IMG/VR virus record: IMGVR_UViG_3300044856_000229
Coordinates: 64,001-92,827 of that record
Length of the DNA: 28,827 nucleotides
Origin: a virus
Strand: one strand, 5' to 3'
Part shown: positions 5,698-11,630 of the stretch, one piece after another
How the letters are laid out: each line of letters starts with the position of its first letter
Numbering within the stretch: position 1 is the stretch's first letter
Made by a program: the position numbers and the translations under genes
The notes under the pieces: generated by a model
Told to the model about the DNA's origin: nothing
What the model saw: only the letters and a program-made list of their open reading frames with translations
The model's database searches: none

Positions 5698-6093
5698 TCA
5701 GATTTTTGTAATTCCTCTATCTCTTAAATACTCACAAAAGCTTTCAGCGTCCAGTATTTCCGCAAGTCCTTTCATTGAAAGGTTCATTTTGTTATACGAA
5801 CAACGCACTTCAATCGGCTTGAAATTTCTTTCTGTGATAGCTGTTGATAAATAATCTTCAACGTTGCTTAATCGAACAACTGTTTTTCTGAAAATGTTTT
5901 TTGAAAGTTCAGCATTCATAAATAAATCATCTTTTACAAGTTCCACGAGTTCATCAAAAGTTTTAATTGTAAATGTTTGTGTCTTTGCTTCTTCTGGTGT
6001 AAGATATTTTACATGTTTCCAGATACTTGTATCAACAAAATTTTTCCATCCTTCCATTCTGTATTCAAATCTATAATCATAAATCTCTTTCAT
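5698..6093 (-). CDS. hypothetical protein
   Basis: The ATG at 6093 has cassette RBS AAAGAGAGGAAAtaaaaATG. The ORF-track N-terminal extension to 6156 reads through the promoter (MLTSSTL is the reverse complement of the TTGACA hairpin) and is rejected. Confidence 0.7.
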   Translation of the reverse strand: MKEIYDYRFEYRMEGWKNFVDTSIWKHVKYLTPEEAKTQTFTIKTFDELVELVKDDLFMNAELSKNIFRKTVVRLSNVEDYLSTAITERNFKPIEVRCSYNKMNLSMKGLAEILDAESFCEYLRDRGITKI

Positions 6094-6124
6094 TTTTATT
6101 TCCTCTCTTTCATTTGATACATTA

Positions 6125-6153
6125 AGTATAACACATAAGGTTGAACTTGTCAA
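6125..6153 (-). promoter_or_regulatory. sigmaA-type promoter, leftward (TTGACA-17-TATACT), -35 in hairpin GGTTGAActtgTCAAC; -35 overlaps stop codon of 6150..6386
   Basis: Minus strand reads TTGACA (6153..6148), spacer, then TATACT (6130..6125). The upstream gene ends ...KMC* with its TGA stop inside TTGACA. Confidence 0.7.
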
Positions 6154-6386
6154 CACATTTTTAAATTTCTTTTTTTCGCTTCTTCAGTTGTTAATCCATA
6201 ACTTTTCCATGGGTCATATTTTCCGAATAAAATTGTTTCATCAACTGTATCACACATTTTATTATTTACATTATAGTCATAATAAAACCACTTTTTACAA
6301 TCCCATTTAAGCGGACAGTGATAACAAGTTGTTGTAGTTGCTACAGTATCCATGTTTATTGCTAATAATGCTTTTATCTTAATCAT
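6150..6386 (-). CDS. small Cys-containing protein
   Basis: 78-aa ORF. RBS AGGAAGAGGGGtaaacaaaaATG. Only a degenerate promoter upstream (TATAAT at 6415-6420, with the -35 degraded to CCACAA). Confidence 0.6.
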   Translation of the reverse strand: MIKIKALLAINMDTVATTTTCYHCPLKWDCKKWFYYDYNVNNKMCDTVDETILFGKYDPWKSYGLTTEEAKKRNLKMC

Positions 6387-6461
6387 TTTTGTTTACCCCT
6401 CTTCCTTTATCTTGATTATAGTATATCATAGTTGTGGAAAAATGTCTATAGGCAAATTGCA

Positions 6462-6496
6462 CAAAAAAAAGAGCTGAAATTTCAGCTCTTTTTTCT
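6462..6496. terminator. bidirectional terminator: perfect 20-bp palindrome AGAGCTGAAATTTCAGCTCT flanked by A8/T6
   Basis: Palindrome at 6470-6489. A TTGCACAAAA motif is directly adjacent at 6457-6466. Ends gene 6496..6681. Confidence 0.7.
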
Positions 6497-6681
6497 TACT
6501 GCTCCTTTGTTACACTTTTCACAAGCGACCGCAATTCCGCAACTCCAAAAGAGTCCATATACGCGGTCATTGCCTTTTTCAAATCTGCCGTTCTCTTGGC
6601 TCTCAACTGCCCTACCATCCAGTTGTATTCTTCTTCATTTAATTCGTAAGGACAACAACCACTTTCTTTTAATTCATACAT
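6496..6681 (-). CDS. small hypothetical protein (61 aa)
   Basis: RBS AAAGAGAGGAAcaaaaaATG. Tandem promoters at 6716-6744 and 6780-6808. Confidence 0.6.
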   Translation of the reverse strand: MYELKESGCCPYELNEEEYNWMVGQLRAKRTADLKKAMTAYMDSFGVAELRSLVKSVTKEQ

Positions 6682-6715
6682 TTTTTGTTCCTCTCTTTCT
6701 TTATCTTATGTACTT

Positions 6716-6744
6716 ATTATATCAGAGATTCGGGCTTTTGTCAA
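6716..6744 (-). promoter_or_regulatory. sigmaA-type promoter, leftward (TTGACA-17-TATAAT)
   Basis: Minus strand reads TTGACA (6744..6739), spacer, then TATAAT (6721..6716). Confidence 0.65.
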
Positions 6745-6779
6745 CCCTCTTCCTCACTTTTATCTCTTTTGTTAATTAT

Positions 6780-6808
6780 AATATATCACATGGGGTTGAA
6801 TTTGTCAA
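6780..6808 (-). promoter_or_regulatory. sigmaA-type promoter, leftward (TTGACA-17-TATATT) in hairpin GGGGTTGAAtttgTCAACCCC, tandem with 6716-6744
   Basis: Perfect 8-bp-stem hairpin at 6792-6811, followed by a plus-strand T-run. Confidence 0.55.
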
Positions 6809-6824
6809 CCCCAATTTTTATTTT

Positions 6825-7172
6825 TTATCTTTCTTTTAATCCATGTATTATAATTGTATGACCGCAATTATCACAAGTATAATAATATTCATCATCACTA
6901 TTTCTATGATGTACTGCATTTACGAACTTATAAGGCTCATTACATTCTGTGCAATATCCGTTGTTCCATGCTTCATCATCATCTTTGTTTTGTAATGTAA
7001 CCAACCCACCAACACCGCAACCAATAGCAACCGCAAGTATAATTCCTACTATCCATTTGACTATTGGTTTGCTGTCCTCTGCTATAATATTTACAATAAA
7101 TATTGCCATGTAACTGCCGACTGTCAAACTCATAAGTATTGATGTTAAAATAAATTCTGCCGTGTAATTCAT
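6825..7172 (-). CDS. membrane protein (2 TM) with C-terminal zinc-ribbon (CTEC...CDNC)
   Basis: The ATG at 7172 has RBS AAAGAGAGGtaaataaaATG. The ORF-track extension to 7232 is the translation of the promoter hairpin and is rejected. Confidence 0.7.
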   Translation of the reverse strand: MNYTAEFILTSILMSLTVGSYMAIFIVNIIAEDSKPIVKWIVGIILAVAIGCGVGGLVTLQNKDDDEAWNNGYCTECNEPYKFVNAVHHRNSDDEYYYTCDNCGHTIIIHGLKER

Positions 7173-7203
7173 TTTATTTACCTCTCTTTCTTTAACTGTC
7201 TTT

Positions 7204-7232
7204 ATTATAACATAAGAGGTTGAACTTGTCAA
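7204..7232 (-). promoter_or_regulatory. sigmaA-type promoter, leftward (TTGACA-17-TATAAT) in hairpin GAGGTTGAActtgTCAACTCC
   Basis: Minus strand reads TTGACA (7232..7227), spacer, then TATAAT (7209..7204). Confidence 0.7.
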
Positions 7233-7236
7233 CTCC

Positions 7237-7533
7237 TTATCTAAAAAATTCTTTTGCTGTCTCTCTGTATTTTTTTGGAAGGCTTGCGATAAATTTTTCT
7301 TTATCTTCTTCTGACAGTGTTCTTCTTAACTGTCTTGTTGTTACTGAGAATGGATTTAGATGATATTTAAGTATTAATGGAAACGCTCTAATGAATACGA
7401 GTGTTTTAAACGCTTCTATAATTTTGCCAAGGATTTCAACAGGTATCCAAAACCATTTCCATTCATTATAAAAACTTAAATAGCTAAGTGCATACATTAC
7501 AATAACAATTACTACTACTAATGATACTCTCAT
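7237..7533 (-). CDS. small membrane protein
   Basis: 98-aa ORF. RBS AAAGAGAGGtaaatgaaATG. Hydrophobic N-terminus. Confidence 0.7.
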   Translation of the reverse strand: MRVSLVVVIVIVMYALSYLSFYNEWKWFWIPVEILGKIIEAFKTLVFIRAFPLILKYHLNPFSVTTRQLRRTLSEEDKEKFIASLPKKYRETAKEFFR

Positions 7534-7565
7534 TTCATTTACCTCTCTTTCTTTTCTATGTTTTC

Positions 7566-7594
7566 ATTATAACATAAAGGGTTGAACTTGTCAA
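7566..7594 (-). promoter_or_regulatory. sigmaA-type promoter, leftward (TTGACA-17-TATAAT) in perfect hairpin GGGTTGAActtgTCAACCC
   Basis: Minus strand reads TTGACA (7594..7589), spacer, then TATAAT (7571..7566). On the minus strand the hairpin is followed by UUUAUGUUAU and on the plus strand by TTTATTTT, so it can act as a terminator in both directions. Confidence 0.7.
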
Positions 7595-7603
7595 CCCTTT
7601 ATT

Positions 7604-7750
7604 TTAAATTAATTGTAAAAGATAACTTCCATCATTGATAGCAAGAATTCTCACAATTTCATCTTTATTCTGAGAAAGAATCTCACCTGTTGAACAGTCA
7701 ATTAATGCGGTTTCATAACCTTTTTCAATGTAAAGCCCTAAAATCATCAT
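7604..7750 (-). CDS. small protein, 48 aa (MMILGLYIEKGYETALIDCSTGEILSQNKDEIVRILAINDGSYLLQLI)
   Basis: Unannotated ORF. RBS AAGAAAGAGGTGttttttATG. Confidence 0.4.
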   Translation of the reverse strand: MMILGLYIEKGYETALIDCSTGEILSQNKDEIVRILAINDGSYLLQLI

Positions 7751-7766
7751 AAAAAACACCTCTTTC

Positions 7767-7913
7767 TTAAACAAGCTTTAACAAGTTACCGTCTTTATCA
7801 AAACAAAAACCCACAGTTTCATCTGATACAACCTCAAAATAGTCTGAGTCATTTACTGGAATCCATAATCCAGCATTTCTAAAAATTTCTAATAATTTTT
7901 CTTTATCATTCAT
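7767..7913 (-). CDS. small protein, 48 aa (MNDKEKLLEIFRNAGLWIPVNDSDYFEVVSDETVGFCFDKDGNLLKLV)
   Basis: Unannotated ORF. RBS AGAAAGAGAGGtaaagaaaATG. Downstream of promoter 7940-7968. Confidence 0.45.
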   Translation of the reverse strand: MNDKEKLLEIFRNAGLWIPVNDSDYFEVVSDETVGFCFDKDGNLLKLV

Positions 7914-7939
7914 TTTCTTTACCTCTCTTTCTAATACCT

Positions 7940-7968
7940 ATTATACCAGTCCTTGACTTATTTGTCAA
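7940..7968 (-). promoter_or_regulatory. sigmaA-type promoter, leftward (TTGACA-17-TATAAT) in inverted repeat CCTTGACttatttGTCAAGG
   Basis: Minus strand reads TTGACA (7968..7963), spacer, then TATAAT (7945..7940). Confidence 0.7.
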
Positions 7969-8239
7969 GGACTATTTTTTTAATTTCATCATCATAGATG
8001 TTATTGTCAGTGTGCATTGTATCCATGATAAGTTTTACATTATCACCAATTTCAAGGTCTGTGCCGTCCTCAAAATAATACTCCCAGTCATTTCCAGTAG
8101 CATCTGTGAAGGTTGCAAGATTGTTATTCACTTCTACAACCTCTGCGGTTCTGGTGTATGTACTCTCATAAGCTCCCACACCACCAATTGCTGTGATACC
8201 CACCATAATTGCTAATACTGTTTTAATCATCTTCATCAT
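7958..8239 (-). CDS. small secreted/membrane-anchored protein (N-terminal signal-like segment)
   Basis: 93-aa ORF. The cassette RBS abuts the first ATG, so the real start may be the ATG at 8230 (MIKTVLAIMVG). Hydrophobic N-terminus followed by an acidic domain. Confidence 0.65.
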   Translation of the reverse strand: MMKMIKTVLAIMVGITAIGGVGAYESTYTRTAEVVEVNNNLATFTDATGNDWEYYFEDGTDLEIGDNVKLIMDTMHTDNNIYDDEIKKIVLDK

Positions 8240-8264
8240 TTCCTCTCTTTCATTTGATACATTA

Positions 8265-8293
8265 AGTATAACACCAAGTTACTCATTTGTCAA
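8265..8293 (-). promoter_or_regulatory. sigmaA-type promoter, leftward (TTGACA-17-TATACT) with conserved 5'UTR cassette
   Basis: Minus strand reads TTGACA (8293..8288), spacer, then TATACT (8270..8265). The -35 lies inside the 3' coding end of small ORF 8279..8413. Confidence 0.7.
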
Positions 8294-8413
8294 GTCTTTT
8301 TTCTCATATTTTTCTAATTCTTCTTCTATTGCATCATACTCATCGTTAAATAATTCACAAGCATTGATTACACACTGCATGATAAATGTTATCTGTTCTT
8401 TAGTAAATTCCAT
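8279..8413 (-). CDS. small acidic protein, 44 aa (MEFTKEQITFIMQCVINACELFNDEYDAIEEELEKYEKKDLTNE)
   Basis: Unannotated ORF. RBS AAAGGGGAAcaaaaacATG. Promoter at 8445-8473. Confidence 0.4.
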   Translation of the reverse strand: MEFTKEQITFIMQCVINACELFNDEYDAIEEELEKYEKKDLTNE

Positions 8414-8444
8414 GTTTTTGTTCCCCTTTCTTTATCTTGATTAT

Positions 8445-8473
8445 AGTATACTACAAGCCAATAGGTTTGTCAA
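8445..8473 (-). promoter_or_regulatory. sigmaA-type promoter, leftward (TTGACA-17-TATACT)
   Basis: Minus strand reads TTGACA (8473..8468), spacer, then TATACT (8450..8445). Paralogous to the promoter at 1922-1950. Confidence 0.65.
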
Positions 8474-8531
8474 TGTACAAAATAGCCAATTTCGGGAAGC
8501 AAATTATTTAATATTTTGTGCAATTTTCCTC

Positions 8532-8561
8532 TTGACAAACTGCGGCGACCTGTGGTATAAT
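8532..8561 (+). promoter_or_regulatory. rightward extended -10 promoter (TTGACA-18-TGgTATAAT) with upstream GTGCA-N9 element
   Basis: TTGACA at 8532-8537 and TATAAT at 8556-8561. Near-identical core to the copy at 4107-4136. GTGCA ends 9 nt before the -35. Confidence 0.6.
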
Positions 8562-8567
8562 TAGTTG

Positions 8568-8608
8568 GGACAGCAGGCGACCATAGCGGTTGCCCATTTC
8601 TTTTAATA
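8568..8608 (+). ncRNA. candidate short non-coding RNA (about 40 nt) antisense to 3' end of leftward gene 8603..8749
   Basis: Starts GGGACAGCAGG. Hairpin GGCGACCatagcGGTTGCC followed by CATTTCTTTT. Overlaps the stop codon region of the convergent small gene. Confidence 0.3.
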
Positions 8609-8749
8609 CTCTATAATTGTATGCATCAATCGCATCAACTGTTCATTGGTAAACTCTCCCGACTCACAATCTTCACAAAACATAACAGTTAGTGGACTCT
8701 CAAAGCCTAACTGTCTGATTACATTATCCATCATTTCTTTTACTGTCAT
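8603..8749 (-). CDS. small protein, 48 aa (MTVKEMMDNVIRQLGFESPLTVMFCEDCESGEFTNEQLMRLMHTIIEY)
   Basis: Unannotated ORF. RBS AGGAGGtcatgacaATG. An alternative start 2 codons upstream is too close to the RBS. Promoter at 8781-8809. Confidence 0.45.
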   Translation of the reverse strand: MTVKEMMDNVIRQLGFESPLTVMFCEDCESGEFTNEQLMRLMHTIIEY

Positions 8750-8780
8750 TGTCATGACCTCCTTCTCTTAACTTGATTAT

Positions 8781-8809
8781 AGTATACTACAATCAGATTG
8801 ATTTGTCAA
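8781..8809 (-). promoter_or_regulatory. sigmaA-type promoter, leftward (TTGACA-17-TATACT)
   Basis: Minus strand reads TTGACA (8809..8804), spacer, then TATACT (8786..8781). Confidence 0.65.
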
Positions 8810-9045
8810 TAGGAAAATAAAAAATATTTTAAAAATATTTTTGCTTTCCCGCATTAATCCTTTACTACTGGAATGCTGTAGTGTTGCGTTACTTTAACGC
8901 TTTACCACTTTAGTGTAGTGAAGTCTTGCCCTCATTATCTTTGTTATTCTATTAACATTCCTGTTAATTTTTTAACAATCTGCGTCCCACGAACCGCAGA
9001 ACGTAGATAAAGAGAGAACGTTTGTTCTCTCCTCTCTTTATCTCT
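8810..9045. other. 235-bp non-coding block with tandem AAAATATTTT palindromes, multiple short G/C hairpins and inverted repeat TGTTAA-N4-TTAACA
   Basis: No ORF with an RBS. Partly paralogous to 9840-9960 (ACTACTGG(G)AAT(G/C)C..GT and the TGTTAATTTTTTAACAA element). Candidate structured RNA or regulatory region. Confidence 0.35.
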
Positions 9046-9513
9046 TTACACATGATACTGTATTAACTCTTTAAGCACGTCCATCATAACCACAGCATCA
9101 ACACTTGCACCTTGCCACTCTTCTCTATTCCTTGCTTCATCATCGAATAGTATTCCACCACAAGGCACTGCCGCACGTTTATTCTGTCCATACTCTGTTA
9201 CAATAATCTCATTCCAATTAACACTAGGAAGATGCTTCTTTAACCATTTCCTTTTGGCTTCTTCTATTGCTTGCACATAGTCAAGTGTTGCGTCCTTACT
9301 TGCCCATGAGATAACACCTAACTTATAACCTCTTCTCTGTAGTGCATTAATACGCCTTGCAAATAGACTCATAGATACAAGCGGTCTTGCTATCTCATAA
9401 GGCACTATACTACCATGCACCAGATAGTCAAGCCAACCTTCTACACTGTAAAGGTCTGCAATAGTTCCATCTAAATCGAACCACAACCATTTATTATCTA
9501 ACATACTAATCAC
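9046..9513 (-). CDS. HAD-superfamily 5'(3')-deoxyribonucleotidase (NT5C-like), paralog 2
   Basis: FDLDGTIADL (HAD motif I) and WLKKHLP...IIVTEYGQNKRAAV...GILFDDE. About 45% identical to paralog 1 at 5139..5618. The ORF-track start at 9513 is GTG. The ATG at 9504 (MLDNKWLWFDLDGT) is likely the real start. Confidence 0.7.
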   Translation of the reverse strand: MISMLDNKWLWFDLDGTIADLYSVEGWLDYLVHGSIVPYEIARPLVSMSLFARRINALQRRGYKLGVISWASKDATLDYVQAIEEAKRKWLKKHLPSVNWNEIIVTEYGQNKRAAVPCGGILFDDEARNREEWQGASVDAVVMMDVLKELIQYHV

Positions 9514-9545
9514 TCTTTCTTTCTTTTATCTTTATCTTTATATTT

Positions 9546-9574
9546 ATTATAACACCTTTGTGCTTGCTTGTCAA
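9546..9574 (-). promoter_or_regulatory. sigmaA-type promoter, leftward (TTGACA-17-TATAAT)
   Basis: Minus strand reads TTGACA (9574..9569), spacer, then TATAAT (9551..9546). Paralogous to the promoter at 3012-3040. Confidence 0.7.
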
Positions 9575-9635
9575 GACCTTTCTTTGTGTCTTTGTCTTGC
9601 CTCTTGGCTCAAGGGTTAGCCTGAGCTAACCCATC

Positions 9636-9755
9636 CTATGCCAGATAAGTCTCGAGGATAGAGCCACCTACTCTCTTGGCAGTTAGTTCAGCCAAACTTT
9701 TGCTACTTGTCAATAAAACGAATTTTCCCTCTCTATCAATAACCTCATACTTCAT
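9636..9755 (-). CDS. small protein, 39 aa (MKYEVIDREGKFVLLTSSKSLAELTAKRVGGSILETYLA)
   Basis: Unannotated ORF. RBS AAAGAGAGGAAcaaaaacATG. Followed by hairpin GGGTTAGCtcagGCTAACCC. Promoter at 9792-9820. Confidence 0.45.
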   Translation of the reverse strand: MKYEVIDREGKFVLLTSSKSLAELTAKRVGGSILETYLA

Positions 9756-9791
9756 GTTTTTGTTCCTCTCTTTCTCTCTTTCTTTATACAT

Positions 9792-9820
9792 AGTATAGCA
9801 TACAAGTAGCTACTTGTCAA
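9792..9820 (-). promoter_or_regulatory. sigmaA-type promoter, leftward (TTGACA-17-TATACT)
   Basis: Minus strand reads TTGACA (9820..9815), spacer, then TATACT (9797..9792). Confidence 0.65.
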
Positions 9821-9919
9821 GAGGTTTTTATAAATTTTCTTTGTTAATTTTTTAACAAGCGAACTACTGGGAATCGCAGTTTTCGTCACCAACTTACGCT
9901 CCATGAGAGCACCAAATCT

Positions 9920-9948
9920 ATTATACCACAGATGTGCGGTGATGTCAA
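9920..9948 (-). promoter_or_regulatory. leftward extended -10 promoter (TTGACA-17-TGgTATAAT), tandem upstream of 9792-9820
   Basis: Minus strand reads cATTGACAtcaccgcacatctgTGGTATAATag. Resembles the rightward promoters through CTGTGGTATAAT. Confidence 0.55.
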
Positions 9949-9957
9949 TGGGTAACA

Positions 9958-10056
9958 TTGCACAAAGATTGACTACTGATTTTGTGCAATGTGCTGAAAA
10001 TTATTTTTGTGCAAAGTGACGAAATTTGGGAAAAAAATTAAAATATTTTTGTGCAA
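9958..10056. promoter_or_regulatory. array of TTTTGTGCAA motifs (direct copies at 9980-9989, 10005-10014, 10047-10056; inverted copy at 9958-9967) upstream of rightward promoter
   Basis: Exact 10-mer repeats. The last copy is positioned GTGCA-N9-TTGACA, as at the three other rightward promoters. Candidate activator/repressor site or UP-element array. Confidence 0.45.
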
Positions 10057-10064
10057 CTTTTTGC

Positions 10065-10094
10065 TTGACAAATTGTTGTGTCTCGTGTTATAAT
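10065..10094 (+). promoter_or_regulatory. rightward extended -10 promoter (TTGACA-18-TGtTATAAT)
   Basis: TTGACA at 10065-10070 and TATAAT at 10089-10094, with TG at -15/-14. Confidence 0.55.
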
Positions 10095-10100
10095 GGAAAT

Positions 10101-10170
10101 TCGGGCCTGCGCTTGCGTCTACGGCCCGAGGATTTGACGAGAGCGTCATTACTTTTTATGTATTTTTCCC
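10101..10170 (+). ncRNA. candidate short non-coding RNA (GC-rich hairpin GGGCC-15nt-GGCCC, then GACGagaGCGTC + U-tract)
   Basis: No ORF. Structured 5' end followed by a U-rich tail. Lies in the 360-bp non-coding gap 9959-10320. Confidence 0.25.
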
Positions 10171-10320
10171 AGATAAATCTGAAACAAAAGTGAACTTGAG
10201 CCTTGCTATTGGGGGGTATATTTCGTGAAAAAATTTTTTTGATTTTTGAAAATCGTTTTGCTCTGGACAAAACTCTTCTCAAACCCATTTTGAAATTCGA
10301 GTTACGAATAATTTCAGTAT

Positions 10321-10629
10321 TTAATCAAGATTCAAATCTTCTTCTGCAGGGCTTGGATTAGTTGCCCCTTCAATTTGCTTTAAATCCTCAACGTCCTTAT
10401 CCAATTCATCAATATGATCTTTAACCCAATTAGTCAGCTTCAAATATCCAGCATCATTAATTTCAGTAGAGAATCCTCTGAAATCAGTTCGTGCAGGAAA
10501 TCCCGCAATAACATTACCATCATCATCTTGTTCTACAAGTAAACACCAACCAAAAGCATGTAAAAATAAATTAGCATACCACAGTAATCCGCTATCTTTA
10601 AATTCTTTCCAATCTTTAATTTCTATCAT
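10321..10629 (-). CDS. hypothetical acidic protein
   Basis: 102-aa ORF. Strong RBS AAAGGAGataactATG. Preceded by terminator 10648-10693 with no own consensus promoter. Confidence 0.7.
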   Translation of the reverse strand: MIEIKDWKEFKDSGLLWYANLFLHAFGWCLLVEQDDDGNVIAGFPARTDFRGFSTEINDAGYLKLTNWVKDHIDELDKDVEDLKQIEGATNPSPAEEDLNLD

Positions 10630-10647
10630 AGTTATCTCCTTTATAGG

Positions 10648-10693
10648 AAAAGGAGAAACGCATTTTGCATCTCTCCTTTTCGTTTTATTTTTT
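10648..10693. terminator. terminator hairpin AAAAGGAGA-15nt-TCTCCTTTT followed by T-run (plus strand); likely leaky for leftward transcription
   Basis: 9-bp stem with nested GCAttttGC in the loop, then CGTTTTATTTTTT. Confidence 0.5.
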
Positions 10694-10780
10694 ATATATA
10701 GTTAAAACATTTCCTTCGTTTCCGTTATCAGTAATTTCTTAATAAAATTAATACAGCGAGTGGAACAATAATTCCAACAA

Positions 10781-10996
10781 TCATTCTTTATTCTCCTTTA
10801 TTTCAAACCCCAATAATAATTTAAACATTTTTCTTTGTAACCAATTAAATCTTTTATTACAAGGTAAAATAAAAAACTCTTTTCCATCATCATCTACCAA
10901 TACAATTTTATATGGTGCGGGTTTAGGCTGCAATAAATTACAACTGTATGACGAATTCAGTGTCTCCTGCGGATTTACCTTTACTTCTTTTTGCAT
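10781..10996 (-). CDS. hypothetical protein (about 71 aa)
   Basis: The ORF-track start at 11002 is TTG. The ATG at 10996 is the first ATG. Overlaps the 3' end of candidate ORF 10938..11096 in another frame. Its stop overlaps ATGA with the 18-aa hydrophobic micro-ORF 10728..10784 (MIVGIIVPLAVLILLRNY, RBS GGAGAAtaaagaATG). Confidence 0.5.
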   Translation of the reverse strand: MQKEVKVNPQETLNSSYSCNLLQPKPAPYKIVLVDDDGKEFFILPCNKRFNWLQRKMFKLLLGFEIKENKE

Positions 10997-11096
10997 CCTC
11001 AATCTCTTTCTTCATCTGATAATCAAGTTTTGCCATGCGACTTCTCATAATCTGAAACTCTGTTCTTTTTGCTCTTTTACTCTTATTTCTTCCCAT
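10938..11096 (-). CDS. candidate Lys/Arg-rich small protein, 52 aa
   Basis: RBS AAGGAGaatagaaagaATG. A-rich frame in an AT-rich genome, and it overlaps 10781..10996, so it is uncertain. Confidence 0.3.
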   Translation of the reverse strand: MGRNKSKRAKRTEFQIMRSRMAKLDYQMKKEIEDAKRSKGKSAGDTEFVIQL

Positions 11097-11334
11097 TCTT
11101 TCTATTCTCCTTAATCTTTTTTAATTCATTTTCAATTGATTCTAAAAGTCTAATTGCGGATTCATCATCCAAAAATTCACTAACATTTATTGTATTTGGA
11201 ATTACAATAACATGTTTATCAGAAAACACTTCTGAAACATGTTTAAATACTCCATAAACTTCATCAATACTATTTTCACCAAGAGTATAAGTAATAATTA
11301 CATAATCTCTTTTTTCCTCTGTTTTAATTTTCAT
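11083..11334 (-). CDS. hypothetical protein
   Basis: 83-aa ORF. Start overlaps the stop of 11331..11630 (ATGA), so the two are translationally coupled. Confidence 0.65.
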   Translation of the reverse strand: MKIKTEEKRDYVIITYTLGENSIDEVYGVFKHVSEVFSDKHVIVIPNTINVSEFLDDESAIRLLESIENELKKIKENRKNGKK

Positions 11335-11630
11335 CTTATAATTACCGTCCCATGTTTTCCTTCTCTTCTTAGCCTCTCCAAAACTGGATGGCGGGAATTT
11401 TTTTCATTCATAAATACAATAGCAAAATCAAGTTCTTTAATATAATCATTAAATGAGCCAAAGAAATATCTTTTGCCGGAGCCATTATTTTCTGCCCATT
11501 TATCTCCCAAAGAATTGGGAGAACACACTATATTAAATAAATATGTTCCCTTTATTTCAATAAGCTCATTTAATCTTTTATCCAAAAGATCATAATCATC
11601 AAGTGTGCCTCCAATTATTCCTACATTCAT
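11331..11630 (-). CDS. small Rossmann-like protein, possible SLOG/DUF2493-like (Gly-rich N-terminus VGIIGGT)
   Basis: 99-aa ORF. ATGA overlap with the stop of the Thg1-like gene. Glycine-rich loop near the N-terminus. Family assignment is tentative. Confidence 0.6.
   Translation of the reverse strand: MNVGIIGGTLDDYDLLDKRLNELIEIKGTYLFNIVCSPNSLGDKWAENNGSGKRYFFGSFNDYIKELDFAIVFMNEKNSRHPVLERLRREGKHGTVIIR

Noticed and set aside
6094-7232. N-terminal extensions of ORFs 5698..6156 and 6825..7232 (also 699..1016 and 2587..2967)
   Set aside because: The extensions are the literal translation of the upstream promoter hairpin (TTGACAAGTTCAACC gives MLTSSTL and MTSSTSY) or start at non-ATG codons with no RBS. 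Internal ATGs carry perfect AGGAGG-type sites.
8840-9700. tRNA genes in the structured non-coding blocks
   Set aside because: I looked for T-loop (GGTTCGAATCC-like) and D-loop signatures and cloverleaf geometry. The only GTTCG-containing hairpin (CTGCGgttcgtgggaCGCAG) has a 10-nt loop and no acceptor or anticodon arms. No tRNA is called.
9752-10288. ORFs 9752..9958 and 10088..10288 on the minus strand
   Set aside because: Both translate straight through promoter and RBS cassettes or through non-coding repeat DNA and have no RBS. The first overlaps real small gene 9636..9755 out of frame.
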